Positions 1-9,785 of a stretch of 64,000 nt of DNA are shown piece after piece. The stretch's first letter is position 1; every line of letters begins with the position of its first letter. Both the position numbers and the translations under genes were made by a program. The DNA is taken from positions 163,508,527 through 163,572,526 of the forward strand of contig NC_052146.1 of the NCBI RefSeq assembly GCF_902713615.1, read 5' to 3'. The notes below the pieces were generated by a model. It was not told the origin of the DNA, did not search any database, and saw only the letters and a program-made list of their open reading frames with translations. The DNA comes from Scyliorhinus canicula (Eukaryota).

Positions 1-165
1 CCCAGGTTCGATCCCGGCTCTGGGTCACTGTCTGTGTGGAGTTTGCACATTCTCCCCGTGTTTGCGTGGGTTTCGCCCCCACAACCCAAAGATGTGCAGA
101 GTAGGTGGATTGGCCCCTTAACTGGAAAAAATTAATTGGGTACTCTAAATTTAAAAAAAAAAAAA
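1..165 (+). mobile_element. V-SINE/HE1-like tRNA-derived SINE, poly(A)-tailed variant (5' end outside window)
   Basis: B-box GGTTCGATCCC, body GGGTCACTGTCTGTGTGGAGTTTGCACATTCTCCCCGTG shared with other SINEs in the window, ends GGGTACTCTAAATTT(A)n. Confidence 0.85.
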
Positions 166-2473
166 CGAGGCAAGGGAGAGGTGGGGCTTTGCCCCCAACT
201 ATGTCACGGGCGCTGATTTCCTTGATCCTGAAGCGGGACAAGGACCCTCTGCAGTGCGGATCATATAGGCCAATTTCGCTGCTGAACGCCGATGCTAAGC
301 TGCTGGCAAAGATTTTGGCCACTAGAATAGAGGATTGCGTGCCCGGGGTCATCCATGAGGACCAGACGGGGTTTGTGAAGGGAAGGCAGTTGAATACAAA
401 CGTACAAAGGCTCCTCAATGTCATTATGATGCCGGCTGTGGAAGGGGAGGCGGAGATAGTGGTGGCATTAGATGTGGAGAAGGCCTTTGATAGGGTTGAG
501 TGGGAGTATTTGTGGGAGGTGTTGGAGAGGTTTGGGTGGGGAGGGGTTCATCCGATGGGTGAGGCTGCTCTACAAGGCCCCGATGGCGAGAGTAGCCACG
601 AATAGGAGGAGGTCGGAGTACTTTCGGCTGTACCGGGGAACGAGACAGGGGTGCCCCCTGTCCCCCTTGCTCTTCGCGTTGGCGATTGAGCCCTTGGCCA
701 TGGCATTGAGGGAGTCAGGGAACTGGAGGGGCATGGTGCGGGGTGGGGAGGAGCATCGAGTGTCGCTTTATGCTGACGACCTGCTACTGTCTGTGGCGGA
801 CCCGGTGGGGGGGATGCCGGAGGTGATGAGGATTCTTAGTGAATTCGGGGGTTTCTCGGGGTATAAGTTGAACCTGGGCAAGAGTGAGTTGTTTGTGGTG
901 CATCCGGGCGATCAAGAGGAGGGGATTGGTAGGCTCCCATTGAAGCAGGCAGGGAAGAGCTTCAGGTACCTAGGGGTCCAGGTGGCTGGGAGCTGGGGGG
1001 CCCTGCACAAGCTCAACCTCACAAGGTTGGTGGAGCAGATGGAGGAGGAGTTTAAGAGGTGGGATATGTTACCGCTGTCACTGGCGGGGAGGGTGCAGTC
1101 CATCAAGATGACGGTGCTCCCGAGGTTTTTGTTCCTGTTCCAGTGCCTTCCCATCCTTATCCCGAAGGCCTTTTTTAGGAGGGTCCACAGGAGTATCACG
1201 GGATTTGTGTGGGCGCATGGGACTCCGAGGACGAGAAGAGTGTTCCTGGAACGAGGCAGGGATGGGGGGGGTGGGGGGCTGGCGTTGCCCAACCTCTGTA
1301 GGTACTATTGGGCTGCCAACGCAGCGATGGTGCGTAAGTGGGTAATGGACGAGGAAGGGGCAGCATGGAAGATGATGGAGGCGCCGTCTTGTGTGGGTAC
1401 AAGCCTGGAGGCGCTGGTAACGGCGCCGTTGCCGCTCCCTCCAACGAGGTATACCACGAGCCCGGTGGTGGCGGCTACCCTCAAAATTTGGGGGCAATGG
1501 AGACGGCACAGGGGAGAAGTGGGGGGCTCGATGGAGGCCCCGATACGGGGGAACCATCGGTTCGCCCCAGGGAGCATTGATGGTGGATTTCTGGGCTGGC
1601 ACAGGGCAGGGGTTAGGAGGTTGAGGGACCTGTTTGTGGAGGGGAGGTTCGCGAGCTTGTGGGAGTTAGAGGGGAAGTTTGGGCTACCCCTGGGAAACAT
1701 GTTTTGGTACATGCAGGTGAGGGTGTTTGCCAGGCAGCAGGTGGAGGGGTTCCCCCTGCTGCCCCCACGAGGGGTGCGGGATCGGTTGCTCTCGGGGGTG
1801 TGGGTTGGAGGAGGGAGGATTTCGGACATATACCGGGTAATGCAGGATGTAGACGAGGCCTCGGTGGAGGAACTGAAGGGTAAATGGGAAGAGGAGCTGG
1901 GTGAGGAGATCAAGGAGGGGACGTGGGCGGATGCCCTGGAGAGAGTGAATTCCTCCTCTTCTTGTGCGAGGCTTAGCCTCATACAGTTCAAGGTGCTGCA
2001 TAGGGCCCACATGACTGGGACGAGGATGAGTAGGTTTTTCGGGGGCGAGGACAGGTGTGCTAGGTGCTTGGGGAGCCCAGCGAACCACGCCCATATGTTT
2101 TGGGCGTGCCCAGCGCTGGGGGAGTTTTGGAAGGGAGTAGCAAGGACGGTGTCGAGGGTGGTGGGATCCAGGGTCAAGCCAGGCTGGGGACTCGCAATTT
2201 TTGGGGTTGCAGTGGAGCCGGGAGTGCAGGAGGCGAAAGAGGCCGGTGTTCTGGCCTTTGCATCCCTAGTAGCCCGGCGGAGGATCTTGCTCCAATGGAA
2301 GGATGCGAGGCCCCCAAGCGTGGAGGCCTGGATCAATGATATGGCAGGGTTCATCAAATTGGAGAAGGTGAAATTTACCCTGAGGGGATCAGTACAAGGG
2401 TTTTCTAGGCGGTGGCAGCCCTTCCTGGACTTCCTGGCGGAACGGTAGGGAAATAGCCGACAGCAACAGCAAC

Positions 2474-2508
<35 letters not shown>

Positions 2509-2727
2509 GAAAACTGCGTACATGGGTTTGTGGGATGTGGCGGGTGCTATCTCTTTCCCTTTTGTTGTTTGGGTGCTCTTTTGTTTTTTTTGTCATTTTG
2601 TTTGTAGTTGCTTTTGAAGTTGGGGGGGGGGTATTGTTCTTGGGGTGTTACCGCGGTTGTTTTGTTCATAGAGTTAAGATGTTTATATTTTGTAAAAATT
2701 TCAATTAAAAATTACTTTAAAAAAAAA
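165..2727 (+). mobile_element. L1-clade LINE, ORF2 3' part (RT + C-terminal Cys-rich domain), 3'UTR and A-tail; young copy
   Basis: ORFs 105-605 and 472-2448 give YRPISLLNADAKLLAK, DQTGF, GTRQGCPLSPLLF, YADD, YLG, C-x2-C...HMFWAC; one frameshift near 540; G-tract 2475-2507; A-run ~2718-2727. Confidence 0.95.
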
Positions 2728-2764
2728 CAGTAGGGCCCAGACCTACAATCTCATAAAAAACCTG

Positions 2765-3379
2765 GGGCGGAATTCTCCAACCCCCCGCAGAGTCGGAGAA
2801 TTGCCCGGGGCCGGTGTAAATCCCGCCCCCGCCGTTGCCGGATTTCTCCGCCACCCGATTGGCGTACCACCGCGGCGATTCTCCAGCCCGCGATGGGCCG
2901 AAGTCAAGCCGCTGAGAGGCCAATCCCGCCGACGTGGTTTCAACCACCTCTGATGGCGGCGGGATTGGCGGCGCGAGCGGGCCCCCAGGGTCCAGACCTC
3001 GGGGGGTGCCCCCACGGTGGCCTAGCCCGCGATCGGGGCCCATGGATCGGCAGGCGGGCCTGTGCCGTGGGGGCACTCTTTTTCTTCCGCCGCCGCCACC
3101 ATAGCGGAGGCGGAAGAGAACCCCCCTACTGCACTTGCGCCAGTGGTGACGTCAGCGCATGCGTGAAGCGGGGAAGGCCTTTCGGCCAGCCCCGATGTCA
3201 AGCGGCAGGCGTCAGAGGCCGTTGCCGCCGGTTTTGGCGCCAGTCGGCGTGGCGCCAACTGCTCCGCCGCAGGCCTAGCAGAGAATTCCGCATCTTTGGG
3301 GAGGCCCGACGCTGGAGTGGTTGGCGCCACTCCGCTACGCCGGGACACCCCTCCCCGCCGGGTAGGGGAGAATCCCGGC
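2765..3379. mobile_element. Non-autonomous PIF/Harbinger-type MITE, CpG-rich
   Basis: TIRs GGGCGGAATTCTCC / GGAGAATCCCGGC; 3-bp TSD CTG (2762-2764, 3380-3382); removal restores the gag reading frame. Confidence 0.8.
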
Positions 3380-3651
3380 CTGATGTCCCTGGAGATTCCC
3401 GACTCAAAATCATTTGTCCAATTGGTGACACTGTGTGAAGGAGCACTTCACCAGGCCCTCCACCATACCACAGTGCTGCAAGTTTAATTCAGCTGTCAGG
3501 GAACTTGGAGAGTCAATCTCGGCTTTCATTGCCAGACTCCGCCAAATGGCAAAACAGTTTGAATTCAGCACACCATTGAGTAACATGATACTCTGGTATG
3601 TGGCACTAACAACATCAACACACAAGGAAATTAGTGGCTGAGACAAAGGAG

Positions 3652-4123
3652 AGAATCACAGAATAATACAGCACAGAGGAGGACCTTCAGCCCATCGAGT
3701 CTGCACCATCGCATGAAAAACACCCGACCTGCATATCTAATCCCATTTACCAGCACTTGGCCCGTAGCCTTGAATGCTATGACATGCAAAGTGCTCATCC
3801 AGGTACATTTTAAAGGGTGTGGGGCATCCTCCCGCTCCCTCTACCGACCTCACAGGCAGGGCATTCCAGACCGTCACCAACCTCAAATCCCCTCTAAACC
3901 TTCTGACCCTCACTTTGAATTTGTGCCCCCTCGTAACTGACCCTTCAACTAAGGGGAACAGCTGCTACCTATCCGCCCTGTCCATGTCCCTCATAATCTT
4001 GTACACCTCAGTCAGGTCACCCCTCAGTCTTCTCTGCTCCAGAGGAAACAACCCAAGCCAATCTGACCTCTCTTCATAACTTAAATGTTTCATCCCAGGT
4101 AACATCCTGGTGAATCGCCTCTG
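3652..4123 (-). mobile_element. CR1 LINE 3' fragment
   Basis: Reverse strand reads QRRFTRMLPG...LRGDLTEVYKIM followed by a CR1-type 3' tail. Confidence 0.8.
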
Positions 4124-4609
4124 ATGCCTGGATTAAGCAACAAAATTCACTGAGAAGGGTATGTCAGGGCTGTAATGCATGCAAGAGGGTGATATAAACT
4201 AACTGTTGAGTGGTATGGCTGCAAGGCACACATCCAGGTCGACAGGCACAGAGGAAGTTCAGCCCCGGTCCCAGGAATGGGATCATAATCAGAGTTCAGG
4301 AAGAAAAACAGGCCATCGACACATGAATTATGATGAATGCTACGGATAGGTCCCCAAGAAACGTATCACTGTAGAGAATTCATCTGTTTTAGGTTCAACA
4401 GGAAGGGCCACATTAAGACTCGTTAGCCATAAATTAAGCTCTGAAGACAGAATGAATTCAATATAAAGCATCTTCTCCACCTTTGAGACTACGAGCTTTA
4501 TTAAGACACGAGGAACAACACATGTCGTGCCGACATGCCTATTTAAAAAAGAACAATAACTCCAATGAATAAAGTGGAGAAGAACTCCAATGAAGAATTA
4601 GAAATTTAC

Positions 4610-6020
4610 AGGCTGACTTCTGGGAGCGGCATGTAGAGGGGAAGCTGCATGCTGATTGGCTCCTGCTTGAGGCGTGTTTTTAGGAATTTTGAAGTCTGGT
4701 TATGGGGGCAATTTGTGAATGATTGATTGAAAGAATATCTGGAGCGGTTTGGGATTGGGTCACGATTTGTAGATTGGGTAAGGCTGCTCTACAGGGAGCC
4801 GAGGGCGAGGGTCCGCACGAATAACATGAATTCAGGATATTTTGCTCTGCATCGTGGGACCCGGCAGGGATGTCCTATGTCCCCCCTTTTCGGGCTTGAA
4901 ATTGAGCCAATGGCCATCGCATTGAGGAGTTCAGAGGTCCGGAAGGGATAGTGTGCGGAGGTGGGGGGGGGGGGGGGGGGTTGGCGGTAGAGCATAAGGT
5001 ATCTTTGTATGTGGATGACTTGCTGTTGTATGTATCGGAACCAAGTGGGACGATGGGGGCATATTGGAGTTGCTTTGAGTATTTGGGTCTTTTTTGGGAT
5101 ATAAACTTAATTGAGAGAAAAGTGAATATTTTGTGTTGTCTCAGCCAGGGGTGGGGGCAGGGGTGCGGTCTACCATTCCATTGGGCGGGGACTCACTTTA
5201 GATATCTGGGGTGGAGGTGGCAAGGGATTTGGGGGGGGTTCCGTAGATGCAACATTACTAGTTTGGTGGGAAGGGTGAAAGCGGATCTGACAAGGTGTGG
5301 TGGTATCCCTCTGTCGCTGGCAGGTCGGATACAGGCAATTAAAATGAACGTGTTGCCGCGATTTCTGTTTATTTTTCAGTGCCTCTCGATCTTCCTGCCA
5401 AAGGCATTTTTCAACGGGTTTAAAAGATGATTACCTCATTTATATGGGGGGGGGGGGGGACACTAGGATTAGAAAGGTGCTGTTACACAGAGGACAGCAG
5501 TCAGGGGGTTGGGTCTTCCAAATTTATTATATTATAACTGGATGGCGAACTCGGAGAAGGTGAGGAGCTGGATTAGAGGGGGGGACTCCCAGTGGGTCAG
5601 AATGGAGGAGAGTCTGAGTATGGGGTCAGGGCTGAGGGCTTTGGCAACAGGGCCGCTCCCGATGGCCCCGGGAAATATTCAAGGAGTCCGATAGTAGTAG
5701 CGATGTCGAAAATCTGGAGGCAGTTGCGCCAGCTCTTTCGGCTGAGGGCAGGGTCAAGGGAAATGCCGATTCGGGGGAATCACAGATTTGACCCAGAGAA
5801 GTGGGATGGGAGTTTTCGGAGATGGGAGGAAAAGGGAGTTAGGGCACTAAAGGATTTGTTTCTGGGTGGGCCAGTTTGTGGGACTGATGGAGCTGGGAGT
5901 GAAATATAGGTTGGGGCAGGGGGAAATGTTTAGGTGTATTCAGGTCTGAGATTTCACTAAGAAGGAGATACAGAGCTTCCCGGTGGCACCGGCCTCCACA
6001 TAGTTGGAGTCCACATAGGG
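4610..6020 (+). mobile_element. L1-clade LINE, degenerate ORF2 RT fragment
   Basis: LERFGIG...HRGTRQGCPMSPLF, VSLYVDDLLLY, LAGRIQAIKMNVLPRFLFIFQ; many frameshifts. Confidence 0.9.
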
Positions 6021-6024
6021 GAAA

Positions 6025-6105
6025 TGGATTCCCGGAAGTATGCGACCATTAATAAGCACAATGGTCTTTTTCAATACACCAGGTTACCTTTCGACATATC
6101 TTCCT
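6025..6105 (+). mobile_element. Gypsy element 1: RT fragment (also in copies 2 and 3)
   Basis: Translates DSRKYATINKHNGLFQYTRLPFDISS, matching the Gypsy RT TINTHKGLFQYTRLPFG motif. Confidence 0.75.
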
Positions 6106-6107
6106 CC

Positions 6108-6665
6108 TGATCCAGATATAAAAAGAGAGGGAGAGAGAAAGCAGGGATCTATAGCGTCTAACATCGATAGTTGGGAAGTTGCTAGAGTCCATTATCAAGC
6201 ATTTCATCGCACAGCATTTAGAAAGCAGTGGTATAATCAACAAAGGCAGCATGAAAAGGAAATCATGCATGACAAATCTGCTATTATTCTTTGAAGAATG
6301 AGTAGAGTTGACCAGGGAAAACCGGTGGATGTGGTTTATTTAGACTTTCAGAAGACTTCTGACAAGGTTTCACACAGCGAATTACTATGTAAAGTTAGAG
6401 CGCATGGGATTACGGGTAGTGTCTTGAGATGGATAGAAAGCTGGTCAGCAGAAAGGAACCAAAAAGTTGGAGTAAATGGGTATTTTTCCGATTGGCAGGC
6501 AGTGATGAGTAGGATACTGCAGGGATCTATGCTGGGACCCCAAATGTTCACATTATATATTAATGGTTTGGATGAAGGAACTGAATGTATTATCTCCAAA
6601 TTTGCAAATGATACAAAGTTGGGTGGGAGGGTGAGCTGTGAGGAGGATATAGAGATGCAGGATAT
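6108..6665 (+). mobile_element. CR1 LINE RT fragment (copies ~10920-11480 and ~13777-14335)
   Basis: VDVVYLDFQK..DKVSH, QGSMLGP..F.LYIN.LD, SKFANDTKLGG. Confidence 0.9.
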
Positions 6666-6676
6666 AGGGATATAGA

Positions 6677-7018
6677 GGGCAGCATGGTAGCATAGTGCTT
6701 AGCACAGTTTCTTCACAGCTCTAGGGTTCCAGGTTCGATTCCTGACTTGGGTCACTGCGTGTGCAGCGTCTGAACGTTCTCCCAGTGTCTGCGTGGGTTT
6801 CCTCCGGGTGCTCTGTTTTCCTCCCACAGTCCAAAGATGTGCAGGTTAGCTGGATTTGCCATGCTAATATTGCCCCAAAAGGTTATGTGGGGTTATGGGG
6901 ATAGGGGCGGGAGGATTTTGCCGAGGAAGGGTGCTATATCGGAGCAAGGGCCGGTGCAGACTCAATGGGCTGAATGATCTCTTTCTGCACTGTAGGGATT
7001 CTATGGATTCCATGATTC
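6677..7018 (+). mobile_element. HE1/V-SINE with CR1-derived tail (duplicate at 14346-14687)
   Basis: GGGCAGCATGGTAGCATAGTG A-box, GGTTCGATTCC B-box, V-SINE body, tail GGTGCAGACTCAATGGGCTGAATG...TTCTATG. Confidence 0.9.
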
Positions 7019-7088
7019 AAAAAACTTCACCCTGTTGAGGTCAAGGTGAGAGCCATAAAAGAGGTTCCTGCACCCAAGAATGTCGCAG

Positions 7089-8340
7089 CCTTTGCCCAGT
7101 ACTATGCCAATGTCCCACGAACCAATACCCACTTCTCCCATGCCAATCTTTGAGCCACATATTCAACTCTCTAATTTTAAATACATTTTGTCAATTTACA
7201 GATGGCTCAGGTAATAATCCAGAGATTATTATTGGAGGTTCTGTTCTTTAATTTAGTGCCTAACTCCTCAAACTGCTGACATTCCTTCCTCATTCAACCT
7301 ATCTCATTGATGCCTACATGGACCATGGCCACTGGATCCTCCACTCTCCCACCACACGTTCCTTTGCAGCCCAGAGCAGATGTTCCGAACGCTGGCACGA
7401 GGCAGGCAACATAGCCTTCGAGACTCGCGATCCTGGTTACAGAGAACAGTGCTGTTCCCCTGACGATACTATCCCCAACTACGACTACATTTGTCTTTTC
7501 TTCCCCCACCCCCCACCTGCAAGGCTCCCTGAACCACGGTCAGTTTGCTCATCTTCCCTACAGTCCCCTCTCTCATCCACACAAGGGACAAGAATCACAT
7601 AGCTGTTGGACAGGGACAAGAGCTGAGGCTCCTGCAGTGCTACCCCTTGGATCCCTCTACTTGCCTCACTTTCAGTCACACCCTCCTGTCCCTGAACATT
7701 ATCAAACTTAAGGCAGCTTTTCTTTGTAAATTTAGAGTACCCAAGTTTTTTTTTCTAATTAAGTGCCAATTTAGCGTGGCCAATCCACCTACCCTGCACA
7801 GCTTTTTTGGTTCTGTGGGGGTGAGACCCATGCAGACATGGGGGGGAATGTGCAAACTCCACATTGACAGTGAGCTGGGGATGGGATTGAACCCTGGTCC
7901 TCAGTGCCGTGAGGCACCAGTGCTAACCACTGAACCACCGTGCCGCCCCTAAGTGATTACCTAGGGGGTGTGACTGCGTCTTGAAACGCTGCATCCAGGT
8001 AACTCTCCCCCTCCCTGATGTGTCTCAATATCTGAAGCTCAGACTCCAGCTCACTAACACCGAACTGAAGTTCCTCAAGCAACAAACATTTGATCCAGAT
8101 GTGGTCGCTATGAACCGCAATGGGGTTCACCAGCTACCACATTTTGCAGATACAGCACATCACCTGACTCTGCATCCCTATTTTATTTAATAAAAATTTA
8201 TTTAAATCAGAATTTAAATTTGTTGTTATTTATACCACTAATCTTTACTTCCTGCAATTTCTGTTTCCCTCCCATAACCTTCACTTCCAAAGTCAGAAAG
8301 GTAGGAGAGAAAGACTCACCTACCGTTGTAGGTGACAACC
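7089..8340 (-). mobile_element. CR1 LINE ORF1 remnant (Zn-finger/leucine zipper + SGNH esterase); duplicate ~14757-16810
   Basis: Minus strand: MCCICKMW*...KCLLLEELQFGVSELESELQILRHIREGESYLD; VVVVGDSIVRGT; VHVGINEIG. Confidence 0.85.
7717..7949 (-). mobile_element. V-SINE, poly(A)-tailed variant (duplicate 16185-16417)
   Basis: Reverse complement of head GGGGCGGCACGGTGG, V-body and GGGTACTCTAAATTT tail; TAAG on both flanks. Confidence 0.85.
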
Positions 8341-8344
8341 TAGG

Positions 8345-8926
8345 TGTACAACCTACAGTTGTATAGGACTTTGGTTAGGCCACATTTGGAATACTGCGTG
8401 CAGTTCTGGTCGCCACATTACCAGAAGGATGTGGATGCTTTGGAGAGGGTGCAGAGGAGGTTCACCAGGATGTTGCCTGGTATGGAGGGTGCTAGCTATG
8501 AAAGGTTGAGTAGATTAGGATTGTTTTCATTGGAAAGACGGAGATTGAGGGGAGACCTGATTGAGGTCTACAAAATTATGAGAGGTATGGACAGGGTGGA
8601 TACCAACAAGCTTTTTCCAAGAGTGGGGGTGTCAGTTACAAGGGGTCACGATTTCAAGGTGAGAGGGGGAAAGTTTAAGGGAGATGTGCGTGGAAAGTTT
8701 TTTACGCAGAGGGTGGTGGGTGCCTGGAACGCTTTACCAGCGGAGGTGGTAGATGCGGGCACGATAGCATCATTTAAGAGGCATCTAGACGGGTATATGA
8801 ATGGGCGGGAACAGAGGGAAGTAGACCTTGGAAAATAGGAGACAGGTTTAGATAAAGGATCTGGATCGGCGCAGGCTGAGAGGGCCGAAGGGCCTGTTCC
8901 TGTGCTGTAATTTTCTTTGTTCTTTG
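8345..8926 (+). mobile_element. CR1 LINE 3' end (copies 11501-11781 partial, 16813-17394)
   Basis: LYRTLVRPHLEYCVQFWSPHY...FFTQRVVGAWNALP; tail GGGCCGAAGGGCCTGTTCCTGTGCTGTA..TTCTTTGTTCTTTG. Confidence 0.95.
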
Positions 8927-9199
8927 TACCAGTCACTCACTTGTGATATCACAGTCATGTTCGCCCAATACTGTACTGTGACTGCAACTTATGCCCCAGC
9001 TCTCCTGCCCTGGCCTGCACCTACTCCCACTGTCCCAATCGCATGCTTCCTCTTGCCCCACATCACTTTCTGAATCCTGACATCACCTCAGGAGTTCCGT
9101 CTCTGGGTTGAGTGAAGGTTCGCTGCGCTGCTCTATTTGAAGTTTTCCCGCCATTCCGATCAGCTGCTCCCCACCAGGTTCACTCTCTCTCCGGCCTCT

Positions 9200-9785
9200 G
9201 GTGCTCTGTGCCAGGGGTATACATTATGGTATAGGTGTGGTCCTGGCCCATATGCACGCAGACAGCTCAGAGATGCCCATCGCCTTCCACTCTCAAACTC
9301 TCACCGAATCAGAATAGAAATATGCCCAGATTGAAAAAGAAGGCCTCACTGTAATTTACGGTGTCAAGAAATTCCACCAATACACGCATGGCCGTTGTTT
9401 CACCATTATAGCAGACCACCAGCCATTGTTGTGGTTCCCTTCATTAGGACAAACCAATTCTTCCGATTGCTTCCACCAGGATACAATGGGGGGCTTTGTT
9501 GTTGGCAGTCTATAACTACATTTCCCAGTATGGGTCAGGGACAAAGATCTCAAACGCCAATGCTCTCAGTCGGCCCCTGCTTCCCCAGAATCTGAAACCA
9601 CCACCTGTCCCACAGGAGATTGTCCTGCTGCCAAATAATCGGGGCATGCTGCTGGTCTTGTCGACCTCCATCAAGAACTGGACTCCACATAATCTAGTCC
9701 TTTTGAAGATAAAGCCAATGGTCCTGATCCAGATGGCACCATGACCAGTCAGATCAGCTAAGGCCCTAACCTCATCAGAAAAGAC
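9200..9785 (+). mobile_element. Gypsy element 1: RNase H region (copies ~12055-12640, ~17670-18253)
   Basis: [46 protein letters not shown]; NANALSRPLL. Confidence 0.85.

Larger units (their letters stand above)
2728..4605 (+). mobile_element. Gypsy element 1: gag remnant (interrupted by MITE and CR1)
   Basis: ...QTYNLIKNL | MSLEIPDSKSFVQLVTL...KFNSAVRELGESISAFIARLRQMA reads across the MITE; Zn-knuckle remnant ICFRFNRKGHIK near 4382-4420. Confidence 0.8.

Noticed and set aside
1305-2357. 350-aa minus-strand ORF and other ORFs overlapping L1
   Set aside because: Antisense shadow of the GC-rich L1 ORF2; no domain signature
2717-3487. Multiple Arg/Pro/Gly-rich ORFs
   Set aside because: Stop-poor GC-rich MITE sequence; non-coding
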